The notes: a model not told the origin generated them from the sequence alone. DNA of 64,000 bases from Vulcanimicrobiales bacterium (GCA_038215615.1 JBBQQR010000009.1:12682-76681); one strand, 5' to 3'; numbered from the stretch's first letter, positions 1-10,314 are shown. Program-made: numbers and translations.

Positions 1-383
1 AATCGAACGTTAAACGTTCCGCACGCAATCGCATAATCGTACCTCCTTCGCGGGCGCGCCCGCAGGATATCGCGGCACTCCAGGTCGATTCCGGGATGCA
101 TCCGTCGCGCCCGCTCGACCATTCGCGGGTTTATGTCGGACCCGAAGTACTGCGCCTGTCGGTGATGTTTCTTGAGAAAATCGTAGAGGCTGGCAAGTCC
201 GCAGCCAACGTCGTACACGGAGAAGGCCCGGTCCTCGTGCGCGAAAATCTGCGCCACTTCCGAAAATTTGCTCGCTTGGCTTCCCGCATTACGCCAGCCG
301 GCGGCGCGGGCTTCGTCTCGATGCTTATCGAGTAAACCGTCATAATAGCGAATGATGCCCGCTATGTCGATAGAGTTCGACAT
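1..383 (-). CDS. Class I SAM-dependent methyltransferase (runs off the left edge; not in the ORF track)
   Basis: Manual translation from ATG 383 (SD AGGTGA upstream): MSNSIDIAGIIRYYDGLLDKH...SVYDVGCGLASLY...YFGSDINPRMVERARR...YDYAIACGTFNVR. Motif I is DVGCG. Confidence 0.85.
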   Translation of the reverse strand, partial: MSNSIDIAGIIRYYDGLLDKHRDEARAAGWRNAGSQASKFSEVAQIFAHEDRAFSVYDVGCGLASLYDFLKKHHRQAQYFGSDINPRMVERARRMHPGIDLECRDILRARPRRRYDYAIACGTFNVR

Positions 384-448
384 ATCACCTGATCCTTTGT
401 AGGGAAGGAGCTCGTCGTTGCGAATCCCAGGAAACACAAAATAAAACT

Positions 449-1588
449 ATGAAGCTCTCGTTCTACGTTGCAACGCGAAACGGTTCTTCGAGAAACCCTC
501 CTGGAACGTTCGCAACGCTGCTTCAACAATACAAGGAGCTCGGCGACGAGCTGGTCGTTCTCGTTGACGACACGACGACGGACGATACTTTTGACATTGC
601 GAAAAACTTTACGCCAAACGTGCACCGTTTCGCGCACGACCCGCTGTTCATCGAGATGCAGCGTCAGGCTTTCTATCGCTGCAGCGGAGATTGGATTTTT
701 GCAGCGGACGACGACGACCGGATGGGCTCGAACTGGACGCGCCCCATCCTCGACGAACTCATGAGCCGGCGCACCGTCACGCACTATTGGGTTCCAACGC
801 GTTACCTCGTCAGCGACGATTTCTATCTTTCAACGGCGCCCTATATCGGCCATTTTAGCGCGCAGTTTTTTCGCAACATCGAGTCGATCGCGATCTTACC
901 CTCCAATTTGCATCAGCAGATTGCCTTCGCCGGCGAGCCGGCATATCTGGCCGGCCTGTACATGGATGCTATGAACTTCACCTGGCACGATCGGGCGTCG
1001 CGTGAAGCCAAGGTGCGGACGTACGATGAAGCCCACGACGAAGCGAACACCAATTTCGATCAGAGCCGTTTTTATCTTTACGAAGATTACTATTTTGAAA
1101 CCGAACGCAGAGAAGATTGCGCCGCTCCCGCCGTCATGGAGCCGATCGACTCCAGCGAGACGCCGCGCGGCATTCACGTACGCATTTTGAGCGCGCAATC
1201 GAGCATGACTGTTGGTCAGACGTATTGGGCTACGGTGCGGATCGTGAACAACTCTGATCGAGCACTGCTTCCTCAAAGTGAATTCCTCCGGTGGGGCGAA
1301 CTCGCCCTCGGATATCGCTGGTTGCCGCTAACCGAAAACGCGGGCGCCGGCACGCAGCCGCAGACGCCGTTCCCTGCTAGACTTTTGCCTGGACATCAGC
1401 ACGATGCATTGATAAGAGTTCAAGCGCCGGCAGTGCCGGGCACGCGGCAACTAAAAGTCGATATTCTGGAAGAGAACCGCTCGTGGCTTTCGGATGCGGA
1501 ACCCGCCGGGTCGTTCGAAACGCGCGAGGTTCAGATTCGGCCTCTTGTCTGGCCGCCGACGACCGAGCCCCAGCGCGCTCATGGCTGA
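449..1588 (+). CDS. Family 2 glycosyltransferase with C-terminal Ig-like domain
   Basis: GT-A motifs (DELVVLVDD, GDWIFAADDDD). C-terminal VRIVNNS...LGYRW...LLPG...APAVPG...VDIL resembles an Ig-like module. Confidence 0.75.
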   Translation: MKLSFYVATRNGSSRNPPGTFATLLQQYKELGDELVVLVDDTTTDDTFDIAKNFTPNVHRFAHDPLFIEMQRQAFYRCSGDWIFAADDDDRMGSNWTRPILDELMSRRTVTHYWVPTRYLVSDDFYLSTAPYIGHFSAQFFRNIESIAILPSNLHQQIAFAGEPAYLAGLYMDAMNFTWHDRASREAKVRTYDEAHDEANTNFDQSRFYLYEDYYFETERREDCAAPAVMEPIDSSETPRGIHVRILSAQSSMTVGQTYWATVRIVNNSDRALLPQSEFLRWGELALGYRWLPLTENAGAGTQPQTPFPARLLPGHQHDALIRVQAPAVPGTRQLKVDILEENRSWLSDAEPAGSFETREVQIRPLVWPPTTEPQRAHG

Positions 1589-2252
1589 CGTTCTCGTGCT
1601 GGCGGCGCATCCCGACGACGAGGTGCTGGGATGCGGAGCAACGATCGCGTCCCACAAAGCACGAGGAGACACCGTTCATGTTGTTATTGCATGTGAAGGA
1701 GTGACGGCTCGCGCCGAGGCCGGCAGCGATGACCTCGAAAAATTGAAAGCGGCCGCGCGCCGCGCGAACGCAATCCTAGGTTCCGACTCGCTCGAATTGC
1801 ACGATTATCCCGACAACAAGTTGGATTGCGTACCCGCGCTAGACGTTACAAGGTTCGTTGAGGAGCGAATCCGCCGCCACGGCCCGGCGATCGTCTACAC
1901 GCATCATTGGAACGACGTGAATGTCGATCACCGGCGCTTAAGCGACTGCGTTCTCACTGCGTGCCGGCCGTTTCCCGGCCAGACCGTTCGCAGAATTCTC
2001 TCCTTTGAAGTGGCGTCGAGCACGGGTTGGTTCGGCCCGCGGCCGGATGCATTCGATCCCAATTGGTTTGTGGACGCCGGCCTTACGCTTGACGCCAAAT
2101 TTGCGGCGCTCCAAGAATACTCGCAGGAAATGCGCGACTTCCCGCACGCGCGTTCGATTGAGGCGTTGACCCACTTGAGCCACTGGCGAGGCGCTGCTGT
2201 AGGCTTGGCAGCGGCAGAGGCATTCGTCCTGGTTCGCAGTCTTGAAACGTGA
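1581..2252 (+). CDS. PIG-L/LmbE family deacetylase
   Basis: AHPDDEVLGCG and HWNDVNVDH motifs. ATG 1581 overlaps the upstream stop. Confidence 0.9.
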   Translation: MADVLVLAAHPDDEVLGCGATIASHKARGDTVHVVIACEGVTARAEAGSDDLEKLKAAARRANAILGSDSLELHDYPDNKLDCVPALDVTRFVEERIRRHGPAIVYTHHWNDVNVDHRRLSDCVLTACRPFPGQTVRRILSFEVASSTGWFGPRPDAFDPNWFVDAGLTLDAKFAALQEYSQEMRDFPHARSIEALTHLSHWRGAAVGLAAAEAFVLVRSLET

Positions 2253-2926
2253 AGCACCATTATAAGGAAAAGCTCGCCGATCTCCGGCTTTGTTTCGCCG
2301 AAGGGGAATACTCCGCCGAAGTTTTCGGTTCGCGCGACTATGTTGCGCGGCTGGAAGCCTACGAAGCCACGGAAAATTGCAAAGCTGACAGAAAGCGCAT
2401 TCGCGCGCTCGTCGAGCCGCGGGCGGGGCTAAAAGTCCTCGACTATGGCTGCGGCCTGGGCGGCCTATGCGCGGAGCTTACGGCCGCGGGATCCACCGCT
2501 CACGGGACGGATATTTGCATCGAGATCCTCGCCGCGGCGCGACAACTCCATCCCGAGCTGAGCTTTCTTGCGATCGACCAGGTAAGCGGCATGTACGACG
2601 TCGTCGTCTCGATGCACGTGCTGGGCCACGTGCGCGATCCTCAATCGACGCTCAAAAGAATGCGCGATCTGCTGCGCCCCGAAGGCATCCTGGTGATGTG
2701 CGTGCCGAATCCGGCCTACACCCTGGGGATGATTCCGAACAACATCGTCAATGACTATTTGCCCGATCCGACTGCCATCCGGTGCTGGTCGGAACGCCGC
2801 ATCGTTTCCGAACTTCGCGCCGCGGGCTTTCGTCCGGAAGGCATGGAACCGTTCGGAGAGTTTCCACCACTGTTTCCGATCGATGCGATGCGAAGCCGGC
2901 TCGTTGGTAAAGCCATTAAATGTTGA
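2249..2926 (+). CDS. Class I SAM-dependent methyltransferase
   Basis: VLDYGCGLG, YDVVVSMHVLGHV, LLRPEG motifs. Confidence 0.85.
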   Translation: MKHHYKEKLADLRLCFAEGEYSAEVFGSRDYVARLEAYEATENCKADRKRIRALVEPRAGLKVLDYGCGLGGLCAELTAAGSTAHGTDICIEILAAARQLHPELSFLAIDQVSGMYDVVVSMHVLGHVRDPQSTLKRMRDLLRPEGILVMCVPNPAYTLGMIPNNIVNDYLPDPTAIRCWSERRIVSELRAAGFRPEGMEPFGEFPPLFPIDAMRSRLVGKAIKC

Positions 2927-3915
2927 ATGGCAAGTCTATCTTCGTTACGGGCGGCACCGGCTCGTTCGGCCAAGCATTCGTCGCTACGGTGCTGCAGCGT
3001 TACAAGCCGCGGGAAGTGATCGTTTTCTCGCGAGACGAGCAGAAGCAGTACGAGATGCGTCATTCCGTGGCGCGCGATGGAGTTCGGTATGTATTAGGCG
3101 ATGTCCGCGATCGCGAACGTCTCACGCGCGCGTCCCAAGGCGTGGACATCATTGTGCACGCCGCCGCGCTGAAACAAGTGCCGACTGCCGAGCACAATCC
3201 GATCGAGGCCGTGAAGACGAATATCTGGGGCGCGCAGAACGTGATATTTGCCGCCATCGACAATAGCGTTTCGCGCGTCATAGCGCTGTCGACCGACAAG
3301 GCCGTCAATCCTATCAACCTGTACGGTGCGACAAAGCTGGTCTCCGACAAGTTGTTCGTGGCGGCAAATGCGACCGGCGACGCGGGGCAAACGATGTTTT
3401 CGGTTGTCCGCTACGGCAACGTGTTTACGTCACGCGGCTCGGTCGTGCCGTATTTTCAAAAACTCTCGGCCGAAGGCGCTTCGAAACTTCCCATTACGGA
3501 TGTTCGGATGACGCGCTTCTGGATTACGCTGCAGGCCGGCGTCGATTTCGTACTGGGCTGCCTTGCGCGAATGCAAGGTGGGGAGATTTTCGTCCCGCGT
3601 ATTCCGTCCGTACGTATGATTGACGTCGCGAAGGCGGTCGCGCCGGGGTTGGGATTCGAGGTCACTGGGATACGTCCGGGTGAGAAGCTGCACGAAACGC
3701 TTTGTCCGAAAGATGAAGCGCACCTGACGCTCCGGTTTGGCGAACATTTCGTCATCCGGCCTTCGATTGCGATGCCCCCGGGCCGTTCTTACGGCATCGA
3801 TGCTTTAGGAGAGCAGGGCGCGCCGGTTGAGGAAGGCTTTGAATATACTTCCGCGAGCAACGAGCACTTTCTGAAAGCCGAAGAGCTTCGCCGTCAGGTG
3901 GGCGCGACGGGCTGA
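2920..3915 (+). CDS. pseB: UDP-N-acetylglucosamine 4,6-dehydratase (inverting), PseB/FlaA1 family
   Basis: TGGTGSFG, HAAALKQVP, STDKA, YGATK, RYGNV, MTRFWITL, IRPGEKLHE. Confidence 0.9.
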   Translation: MLNGKSIFVTGGTGSFGQAFVATVLQRYKPREVIVFSRDEQKQYEMRHSVARDGVRYVLGDVRDRERLTRASQGVDIIVHAAALKQVPTAEHNPIEAVKTNIWGAQNVIFAAIDNSVSRVIALSTDKAVNPINLYGATKLVSDKLFVAANATGDAGQTMFSVVRYGNVFTSRGSVVPYFQKLSAEGASKLPITDVRMTRFWITLQAGVDFVLGCLARMQGGEIFVPRIPSVRMIDVAKAVAPGLGFEVTGIRPGEKLHETLCPKDEAHLTLRFGEHFVIRPSIAMPPGRSYGIDALGEQGAPVEEGFEYTSASNEHFLKAEELRRQVGATG

Positions 3916-5204
3916 CGAAGGCGCCGCGCGACGTCGGCGGCGGCGAGTCCAAGCAGAATCATCCACGCCATTCCCACCTTCGGATAGAAGACGAGCAGAT
4001 CGAGAATGAAGTGCACGGCAAGCGCACTACTCGCCGCGAGAGCGGCGATCGTCAGCGGCGTTTGCGCGCGGCGGACGAAGGTCGCGACGGAAGTATAGAT
4101 CAAGAAAAGCGTAGCGGCCAGCAGCGGGATGCCGCCCTCAACGAGGCTTTGGAGGTAGAGGCTGTTGGCGTGCGTTTTGATCGGCGCGCGCAAGAACTTT
4201 CCCACCTCGAGCTCGTAATTGCCTGCTCCAATGCCCCAAACCGGGTGCTCGCGCCACAGTTGAATTGCAGCTCGCCACAGGTCGCGACGCGTTCCCAGAC
4301 CGCCATGGATCTCTATGCGGTGATGCGGCGCAGTCGTTACTAACCCGATTCCGCCCGCCACCAAACGCCAGCCGATTCCCGCACCTGCAAGTATTGCGAG
4401 CACTGCAGCGCCGAATGCGATTCGGACGGCAGAAGAACGCGCGCACATGAATGCAACTAGGAGCAGCGCTAATGCGAGCGCAACGAGGCCGCCGCGCGAA
4501 AGCGTCATGACTGTAGCGAGAATCCCGCCGGCGATCGTGAATATTTCCGGCCAGCGCCTCCCTTGCAACAGCGTATATGCGAGCATCACCGGCAGCATTA
4601 AACCAAGGAACGCGGCGAGTTGATTAGGCCCTTCGAGCGGACCGGCGATGCGCGGCACCTCCGCATGTGCGATGATGAGCCCTGAGTGCGCACCCAGATA
4701 CAACTCCGGGACTGAAAGCGCAACGACGATCGCGGTGACCACGAGCACCGCCCAGCGGATCAACTGCCCGTCGTGATCTTCGTAAAACGCGATCGCGCAA
4801 ACGCACAGGATGACGGCGTACTCTATCCATTTCGATGTTTCGCGTTCGACCGGCGTGATGAACGCCGCGTGCAAAATGGAAAGCGCCGTGGCAAGCGTCA
4901 CGAGCAGCACCGAAAGTACCAACGGCGCTACCGGTCCGGTCTTCAGCGCGCTCATGGGGGTTTTTCGCAGCGCGAGGCCGGCAATCGCGCCGGCAAGCGC
5001 AACTTTGGAGAGGGTGAGCGTTGTGATGCCGATCGAATGGGAATACGCGAACGGATCGAGCAAGAGCAGCGCGACGACCGCGTACACCGGCTTTCGTGAC
5101 GTCGCGATCGCGACGATTGAAAAAACTGCGGCAAAGACCACGATGCCGGCAATATCGATATGAGGCGCGGTCACATCGGCCGGCACGACTGGGCCGAATT
5201 GCAT
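3894..5204 (-). CDS. O-antigen ligase (Wzy_C) family membrane protein
   Basis: Multi-TM protein with GPNQLA, TLSRGG, R..LW..A..LW..HP..GIGAGN and HANSLYLQ. Confidence 0.85.
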   Translation of the reverse strand: MQFGPVVPADVTAPHIDIAGIVVFAAVFSIVAIATSRKPVYAVVALLLLDPFAYSHSIGITTLTLSKVALAGAIAGLALRKTPMSALKTGPVAPLVLSVLLVTLATALSILHAAFITPVERETSKWIEYAVILCVCAIAFYEDHDGQLIRWAVLVVTAIVVALSVPELYLGAHSGLIIAHAEVPRIAGPLEGPNQLAAFLGLMLPVMLAYTLLQGRRWPEIFTIAGGILATVMTLSRGGLVALALALLLVAFMCARSSAVRIAFGAAVLAILAGAGIGWRLVAGGIGLVTTAPHHRIEIHGGLGTRRDLWRAAIQLWREHPVWGIGAGNYELEVGKFLRAPIKTHANSLYLQSLVEGGIPLLAATLFLIYTSVATFVRRAQTPLTIAALAASSALAVHFILDLLVFYPKVGMAWMILLGLAAADVARRLRQPVAPT

Positions 5205-5263
5205 GCCTGCGTGCTTCGTGAGGGGAAGAGTTCGACCTCGCTTAGGAGAAATTCAGCAGTATC

Positions 5264-5692
5264 GTGCACGATAATCCTAACGTCGACGTCAACGATCTGA
5301 TGGCTCGGGTGCACGATCGTGTTCGCCGAGAAGAGCGCCTCGAAACAGCACCCGCCGCGGAACGCACGTATGTCTACGCCTCTGAGCTCGACGCTGCCAG
5401 CATCGAAGCGTTGCTATACACGGCGCGCAAAATGGCGCAAGTGCGCACCGTATGGCCGCGCAATTTCATGCGCTTTCCGTTCAACGTCAGCCGCTCTTTG
5501 CGGCGCACGTGTTTGAAACTTTTTGCTTTTTTCTTCAACGATCAGCGGCATGTCAATTTTGCACTGACGGAAGCTGTTCGCGAACACGTGCAGCTCACTA
5601 AGGAGATGCACGGGCTCATCGCGAGCCTTCAAGGTGAAGTACGTGTTTTGGAAGCGCGCCTTCAGGAAGCGGAGCGTCGTGTCGTCCGATAA
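5264..5692 (+). CDS. Hypothetical protein with short coiled coil, in the polysaccharide locus
   Basis: Co-oriented with and overlapping the GT4 gene; heptad-like C-terminus. Confidence 0.6.
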   Translation: MHDNPNVDVNDLMARVHDRVRREERLETAPAAERTYVYASELDAASIEALLYTARKMAQVRTVWPRNFMRFPFNVSRSLRRTCLKLFAFFFNDQRHVNFALTEAVREHVQLTKEMHGLIASLQGEVRVLEARLQEAERRVVR

Positions 5693-6923
5693 CCGATCGA
5701 TCGCGCTCGTAACGCCGTGGTTCGGCGAAGATCAAACCAACGGTGCAGCCCTGCTGTCATCGCAACTTGTGCGCGAACTTTTCGCTTCGAATCATCGCGT
5801 CGACGTGCTGACGACGTGCGCAAAATCGTTTGGGGACGACTGGTCGGCGAACTATTATGCCGAGGGCGCTTCGCACTCGGAAAACTTCACCCTGCGGCGC
5901 TTCGGCGTGCGCCGTCGCAACGCCGAGGTTTTCAATCGCGCGAACCATTTTCTGCTCAGCCAGCCGCTTGAGTTTCTCAAAGTTCATCCGAACGCTATTC
6001 CGGCCGGCGTCGCGGAAGCTTTTTGCCGCGAGAACATTCAGTCGCCCGCCCTTTTGAAATACTTGTCCGACTGGGGCCGGAGTTACAACGCGATCCTTTT
6101 CACCCCGTATCTTTATGGGCCGGTGCTTGCAGGTGTAGAAATCGCCGCCGGACGTTCGTTTCTTCAGCCGTGCCTGCACGACGAAGCGTACGCGTACCTT
6201 CCGCAAGTGGCGCGCCTGTTTCGCGCCGCTCGCGGGCTGCTCTTTAATAGTAGAGCGGAGTTCGATCTTGCGCGCCGGCTTTATGGTCCGGAAATCGAAA
6301 CAAAGAGTACGATCGTCGGGCACTGGGTCAGGGCGCCCGAACCGCACGCCGTGACCGGCGACAACGCCGTCCCGAGGGAACCGTTCGTTTTCTACCTGGG
6401 GCGTATGTGCGAGTCCAAAAACGTAGATCTGGTCGTAAAAGCGTTCCGCGATTACCGTCGTTACCGGCCAGGTTCGCGGCTGCAGCTCGTCCTTGCCGGC
6501 GACGGTGAGGACCAGGCTTTCGAGTCGGGCGGTGGCCTGCGCGTATTAGGCCGCATCGGCGAGCGTCGCAAGGCAGCGCTGCTTCAGGCGTGCGCCGCGC
6601 TACTCCAGCCAAGCGTTAACGAAAGCTTTTCGCGTTCCGTGATGGAGGCGTGGAGCCACGGCAAACCCGCTGTGGTCAATTCGGAGTGTGCGCCGACCGC
6701 GCAGGCTATGCGTCTTTGTGGCGCCGGCTGGGCGGCGTCTTCGCCGGATGAGTGGATCGCCGCGCTTTCAGCCATCGATCGCGCAGCCCCGCAACAGCTG
6801 CGCGAGCTTGGCGAGCGCGGAAGAATGCATTATCTGCAATTCGGAACTCCACAGCGCGTGCTCCAGCGCTACCGTGAAGCTCTTGGCCTCGCCGGCGAGC
6901 CGTCGGCCGCGGCGCACGGGTAG
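5679..6923 (+). CDS. Family 4 glycosyltransferase
   Basis: YLGRMCESKN and QPSVNESFSRSVMEAW (EX7E). GTG 5679 is the likely start. Confidence 0.9.
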   Translation: MSSDNRSIALVTPWFGEDQTNGAALLSSQLVRELFASNHRVDVLTTCAKSFGDDWSANYYAEGASHSENFTLRRFGVRRRNAEVFNRANHFLLSQPLEFLKVHPNAIPAGVAEAFCRENIQSPALLKYLSDWGRSYNAILFTPYLYGPVLAGVEIAAGRSFLQPCLHDEAYAYLPQVARLFRAARGLLFNSRAEFDLARRLYGPEIETKSTIVGHWVRAPEPHAVTGDNAVPREPFVFYLGRMCESKNVDLVVKAFRDYRRYRPGSRLQLVLAGDGEDQAFESGGGLRVLGRIGERRKAALLQACAALLQPSVNESFSRSVMEAWSHGKPAVVNSECAPTAQAMRLCGAGWAASSPDEWIAALSAIDRAAPQQLRELGERGRMHYLQFGTPQRVLQRYREALGLAGEPSAAAHG

Positions 6924-8114
6924 TTGCCCAAACCCAAAGTCGCTTTCGTCGTTCCGCGCTGCGGCGCCGAGATTTTCGGCGGCGCCGAAGTGTACTGTCT
7001 GGAACTTGCGCGCCGCCTCGGCCCATTCTGGGACATCGACGTTCTGACGACGTGCGCGCGCGACTACATGACGTGGAAAAACGACTACCCCGAGGGTCAC
7101 GCCTACGAAGAGGGAGTCCACGTGCAGCGGTTTCCGGTGGATCGCCCGCGCGACGTCGAGCATTTCAACCGGCTCTCCGAGCGTGTCAGTTTCGATGTGG
7201 AACGGAGCAGTATCTCGCTGCAAGAAGAATGGATGCGAGCTCAGGGTCCGGTTTCGGGCGAGCTGGAACGGTACGTGGCTGCGCACCGGTTTCGTTACGA
7301 CGCCTTCTTTTTTTTCTCGTATCTCTACGCGACGACGTATGCGCTCTTGCCGCTGGTTGAGGAGAAGGCGTTCTTGGTCCCGTTCGCGCACGACGAGTGG
7401 CCGCTGCGCATGCGCATTTGGGACGAATTTTTCAAGCGTCCGCAGTGTGTCGTTTTTAACACTCCCGAAGAGCACGATTTCGTGCGCGCGCGATTTTCGC
7501 GATGGGACGTGGACGGGCCGATAATCGGCGCGGGCATGCTGCCGCCGCCCTACGCAAACGCCGAGTCTTTCAGATCGCGTTTCGGGATAACCGAACCGTT
7601 CATGCTCTATCTGGGGCGCATCGATCCATCCAAAGGGTGCGATGTGCTGATCGAGGATTTTGCACGTTTTCGTTCCGCCCACGCGACACCCGCGAAGCTC
7701 GTCTTGATCGGCGAGCTCCACCTTGTGTCAAAAACACACAACGATGTGTTGGTGCTTGGCCCGGTCGACGATCAGACGAAGTGGGACGCGCTGGCAGCCT
7801 GCGATGTGCTCGCGATGCCGTCCGCCTACGAAAGCCTATCGCTGGCCGTGTTAGAAGCCTGGTCGGTTGGGAAAGCTGTTCTGGTGAACGCCCACGCTGC
7901 GGCGCTAGTCGGGCAGTGCAGGCGGTCCGGCGGCGGCTTATGGTATTCGAACTATGAAGAGTTTGAGGCGGCTTTGACCGTCATGGATGAAGACGTTCGT
8001 AAGAAACTGGGAAGACAGGGTATGGATTTCATTAACGATTCGTGCCGGTGGGACGCCGTTGAAGACGCGTACCGCCGCTTACTTAATCGAAGCGACGAAA
8101 CAGCCGATATTTGA
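6924..8114 (+). CDS. Family 4 glycosyltransferase (paralog of the upstream GT4)
   Basis: YLGRIDPSKG and MPSAYESLSLAVLEAW. Confidence 0.9.
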   Translation: MPKPKVAFVVPRCGAEIFGGAEVYCLELARRLGPFWDIDVLTTCARDYMTWKNDYPEGHAYEEGVHVQRFPVDRPRDVEHFNRLSERVSFDVERSSISLQEEWMRAQGPVSGELERYVAAHRFRYDAFFFFSYLYATTYALLPLVEEKAFLVPFAHDEWPLRMRIWDEFFKRPQCVVFNTPEEHDFVRARFSRWDVDGPIIGAGMLPPPYANAESFRSRFGITEPFMLYLGRIDPSKGCDVLIEDFARFRSAHATPAKLVLIGELHLVSKTHNDVLVLGPVDDQTKWDALAACDVLAMPSAYESLSLAVLEAWSVGKAVLVNAHAAALVGQCRRSGGGLWYSNYEEFEAALTVMDEDVRKKLGRQGMDFINDSCRWDAVEDAYRRLLNRSDETADI

Positions 8115-8171
8115 TGAGCAAGGATTCCAATGGTAAGATGTCTACAGCGGCGCGTGTAGAGGCGGTCGGAT

Positions 8172-9158
8172 TTGGTTAATGGGAAACGTGCGATCGATCT
8201 GACATCGAAACGGATCTGCGTCACGGGTGGGGCCGGGTTCCTTGGCTCCTTTTTAGTGCAATCGCTGCGCGATGCGGGCTGCTCCAATGTCTTCGTCGTC
8301 GAGCACGGCGACTACGACCTCACCAAGGAATCCGACGTAAACCGGCTTTTCGAAGACGAGCGGCCGGAAATCTTATTTCATTTGGCCGCGGTTGTCGGCG
8401 GAATCGGCGCCAATCAGGAAAACCCGGGGTCGTTTTTTTACTCCAACGCTGTCATGGGAATTCAACTTCTCGAATACGCGCGCCGCTTTGCTGTAGAAAA
8501 AAGCGTCGTCATCGGAACGGTGTGCTCGTATCCCAATCTCGCTCCGATCCCGTTCCGCGAAGAATCCTTGTGGGACGGCTACCCGGAAGTGACCAACGCT
8601 CCATACGGCATCGCCAAGAAAGTCTTGCTCGTACAGTGTCAAGCCTACCGCGAGCAGTACGGCATGAATGCGGTCTATTTACTGCCCGGTAATATTTATG
8701 GACCGCGCGATAATTTCGATCCGGCTTCCTCGCACGTTATCCCCGCAATGATTCGAAACATGCTCGAGGCGAAGGCCCGGAAAGCGAGCGAGATCGTGTG
8801 CTGGGGAGACGGTTCGCCGACGCGCGAAGTTTTATATGTCGAAGATGCGGCCAAAGGCATCGTCAAAGCATCGCAGCGGTATGACGGCGCCGCGCCTATC
8901 AACTTAGGCAGCGGCGAAGAGATATCCATTAAAGATCTTGCAGAGTTGGTTGCCGAGCTCTGTGGCTACAAGGGCAGCATAAGCTGGGACACGAGCAAAC
9001 CGAACGGCCAGCCGCGGCGCAAACTCGATACGACTCGGGCCGAGCAGCACTTTGGATTCCGCGCCGAGACGCCGCTGCGGCGCGGCTTGGCCGAGACGAT
9101 TGCTTGGTACGAGGGCCGGCTCTCGGCGGTAAGCGCCAAGGGGGTCGACGCCGAATAG
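8172..9158 (+). CDS. fcl: GDP-L-fucose synthase
   Basis: TGGAGFLG, HLAAVVGGIGAN, YGIAK, SHVIPAMI, WGDGSPTRE, KPNGQPRR. Confidence 0.9.
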   Translation: MVNGKRAIDLTSKRICVTGGAGFLGSFLVQSLRDAGCSNVFVVEHGDYDLTKESDVNRLFEDERPEILFHLAAVVGGIGANQENPGSFFYSNAVMGIQLLEYARRFAVEKSVVIGTVCSYPNLAPIPFREESLWDGYPEVTNAPYGIAKKVLLVQCQAYREQYGMNAVYLLPGNIYGPRDNFDPASSHVIPAMIRNMLEAKARKASEIVCWGDGSPTREVLYVEDAAKGIVKASQRYDGAAPINLGSGEEISIKDLAELVAELCGYKGSISWDTSKPNGQPRRKLDTTRAEQHFGFRAETPLRRGLAETIAWYEGRLSAVSAKGVDAE

Positions 9159-9165
9159 TGCGGGT

Positions 9166-10314
9166 GTGGAGCAATCCGACCCCGCCCGGGAAATAGCCGA
9201 ACTCAGAGCCGCGCTGTCGGCGCGCGACGCGCGCCTGAAGAACATGGTCGCGCAAGAGAAAGAACTGCGCGCCGTGCGGAAGGCCGCGGAAGAGCGCGCC
9301 AAAGCTCTCGAGGAGCTGATGGCGGCGCTCGACGATCGCGATCGCCGGGCCAAGGCGCTTCAAGACGCCGCCGACCTCGGCGAGCAAAAGATCCAGGAAC
9401 TCACTGCAACGCTCCAATCGTTCGAGGTCTTTCGCAAAGCCGCCGAAGCCCGCGAGCTCGTGATTTCGGAGCTCAAGGCCGCGCTCGCCGAGCGCGATGG
9501 GCACGCCAAACACTTGCAGGAAGCCGTTACCGAACGCAACGCGCGCCTTACGGAATTAGCCAACCGCGCCGAGTCTCTCGAAGATTCGCGAGCTGCCGCC
9601 GAAGCACGCGAGCGTGTTATCGCTGAGCTAACCGCGGCGCTGGAAGAAACGAACCGGCGCGCGACCATGCTGCAAGAAGCTGCCGACGCCCGCTTGCAGA
9701 AACTGCACGAGGTCCAGGCGGCTGTTTCTTCCATGCATGACATTTATGCCGTCGCGCAAGAACGCGAACGCGTCATTACGGAACTTCAAGCCGCCGCCGC
9801 CGCCGGTCTTAAAGTGGCGCAGGAACGCGTGCGCGTCATTGCTGAGCTTCGCGCCGCGCTCGCGGAAACCGACGCGCGTGCCAAAACTTTGCAAGAGGCC
9901 GCCGACCTGCGCGGACAAAAGGTCGAAGAGCTTTCGGCCGCTTTGGAAAAGCAGAACGGTCGGGTGACCGAACTTGAAGCTGGCGCGAACAATTTCCAGG
10001 AGATGCATGCGACCGCTCAAGAACGCGAGAAGATCATCTTCGAGCTCAACGCGGCTCTGATCGAACGAGAGAAGAACGCGCAGAAAATCCTGGCGGCTGC
10101 AGGAGAACGGGAGACGCTGACCCTGGAACTAACCGCAGCGCTTGAAGAGCGTGACCGCCGGATCGCGCAGCTCGAGCGCGTCGCCGAGGAAAGATTGGTT
10201 GCGCTTCAAGAAACCGATAAGGGCTTGCAGGCGATTACGGCCGAGGCCGACCGCCGCGCGATTATGCTCTCCGAGGTAACGTCCTTGCTGCGCGAAAAAA
10301 CTGACGAAAGTTGA
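9166..10314 (+). CDS. Long coiled-coil repeat protein
   Basis: A/E/L/R-rich, almost no Pro or Gly, with about 52-aa internal repeats. Confidence 0.8.
   Translation: MEQSDPAREIAELRAALSARDARLKNMVAQEKELRAVRKAAEERAKALEELMAALDDRDRRAKALQDAADLGEQKIQELTATLQSFEVFRKAAEARELVISELKAALAERDGHAKHLQEAVTERNARLTELANRAESLEDSRAAAEARERVIAELTAALEETNRRATMLQEAADARLQKLHEVQAAVSSMHDIYAVAQERERVITELQAAAAAGLKVAQERVRVIAELRAALAETDARAKTLQEAADLRGQKVEELSAALEKQNGRVTELEAGANNFQEMHATAQEREKIIFELNAALIEREKNAQKILAAAGERETLTLELTAALEERDRRIAQLERVAEERLVALQETDKGLQAITAEADRRAIMLSEVTSLLREKTDES

Noticed and set aside
44..67. Hairpin TCCT-GCGGGC-GC-GCCCGC-GA-AGGA (minus strand) in the methyltransferase gene
   Set aside because: It lacks one GA and the protein shows no evident insertion at this point.
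96..343. Track ORFs 96-335 (+) and 131-343 (-)
   Set aside because: Both are shadows of the minus-strand methyltransferase that starts at 383.
8141..8168. TCTACA-N8-TGTAGA inverted repeat and ops-like GGCGGTCG before fcl
   Set aside because: Short, single occurrence and an imperfect ops match; not enough support.
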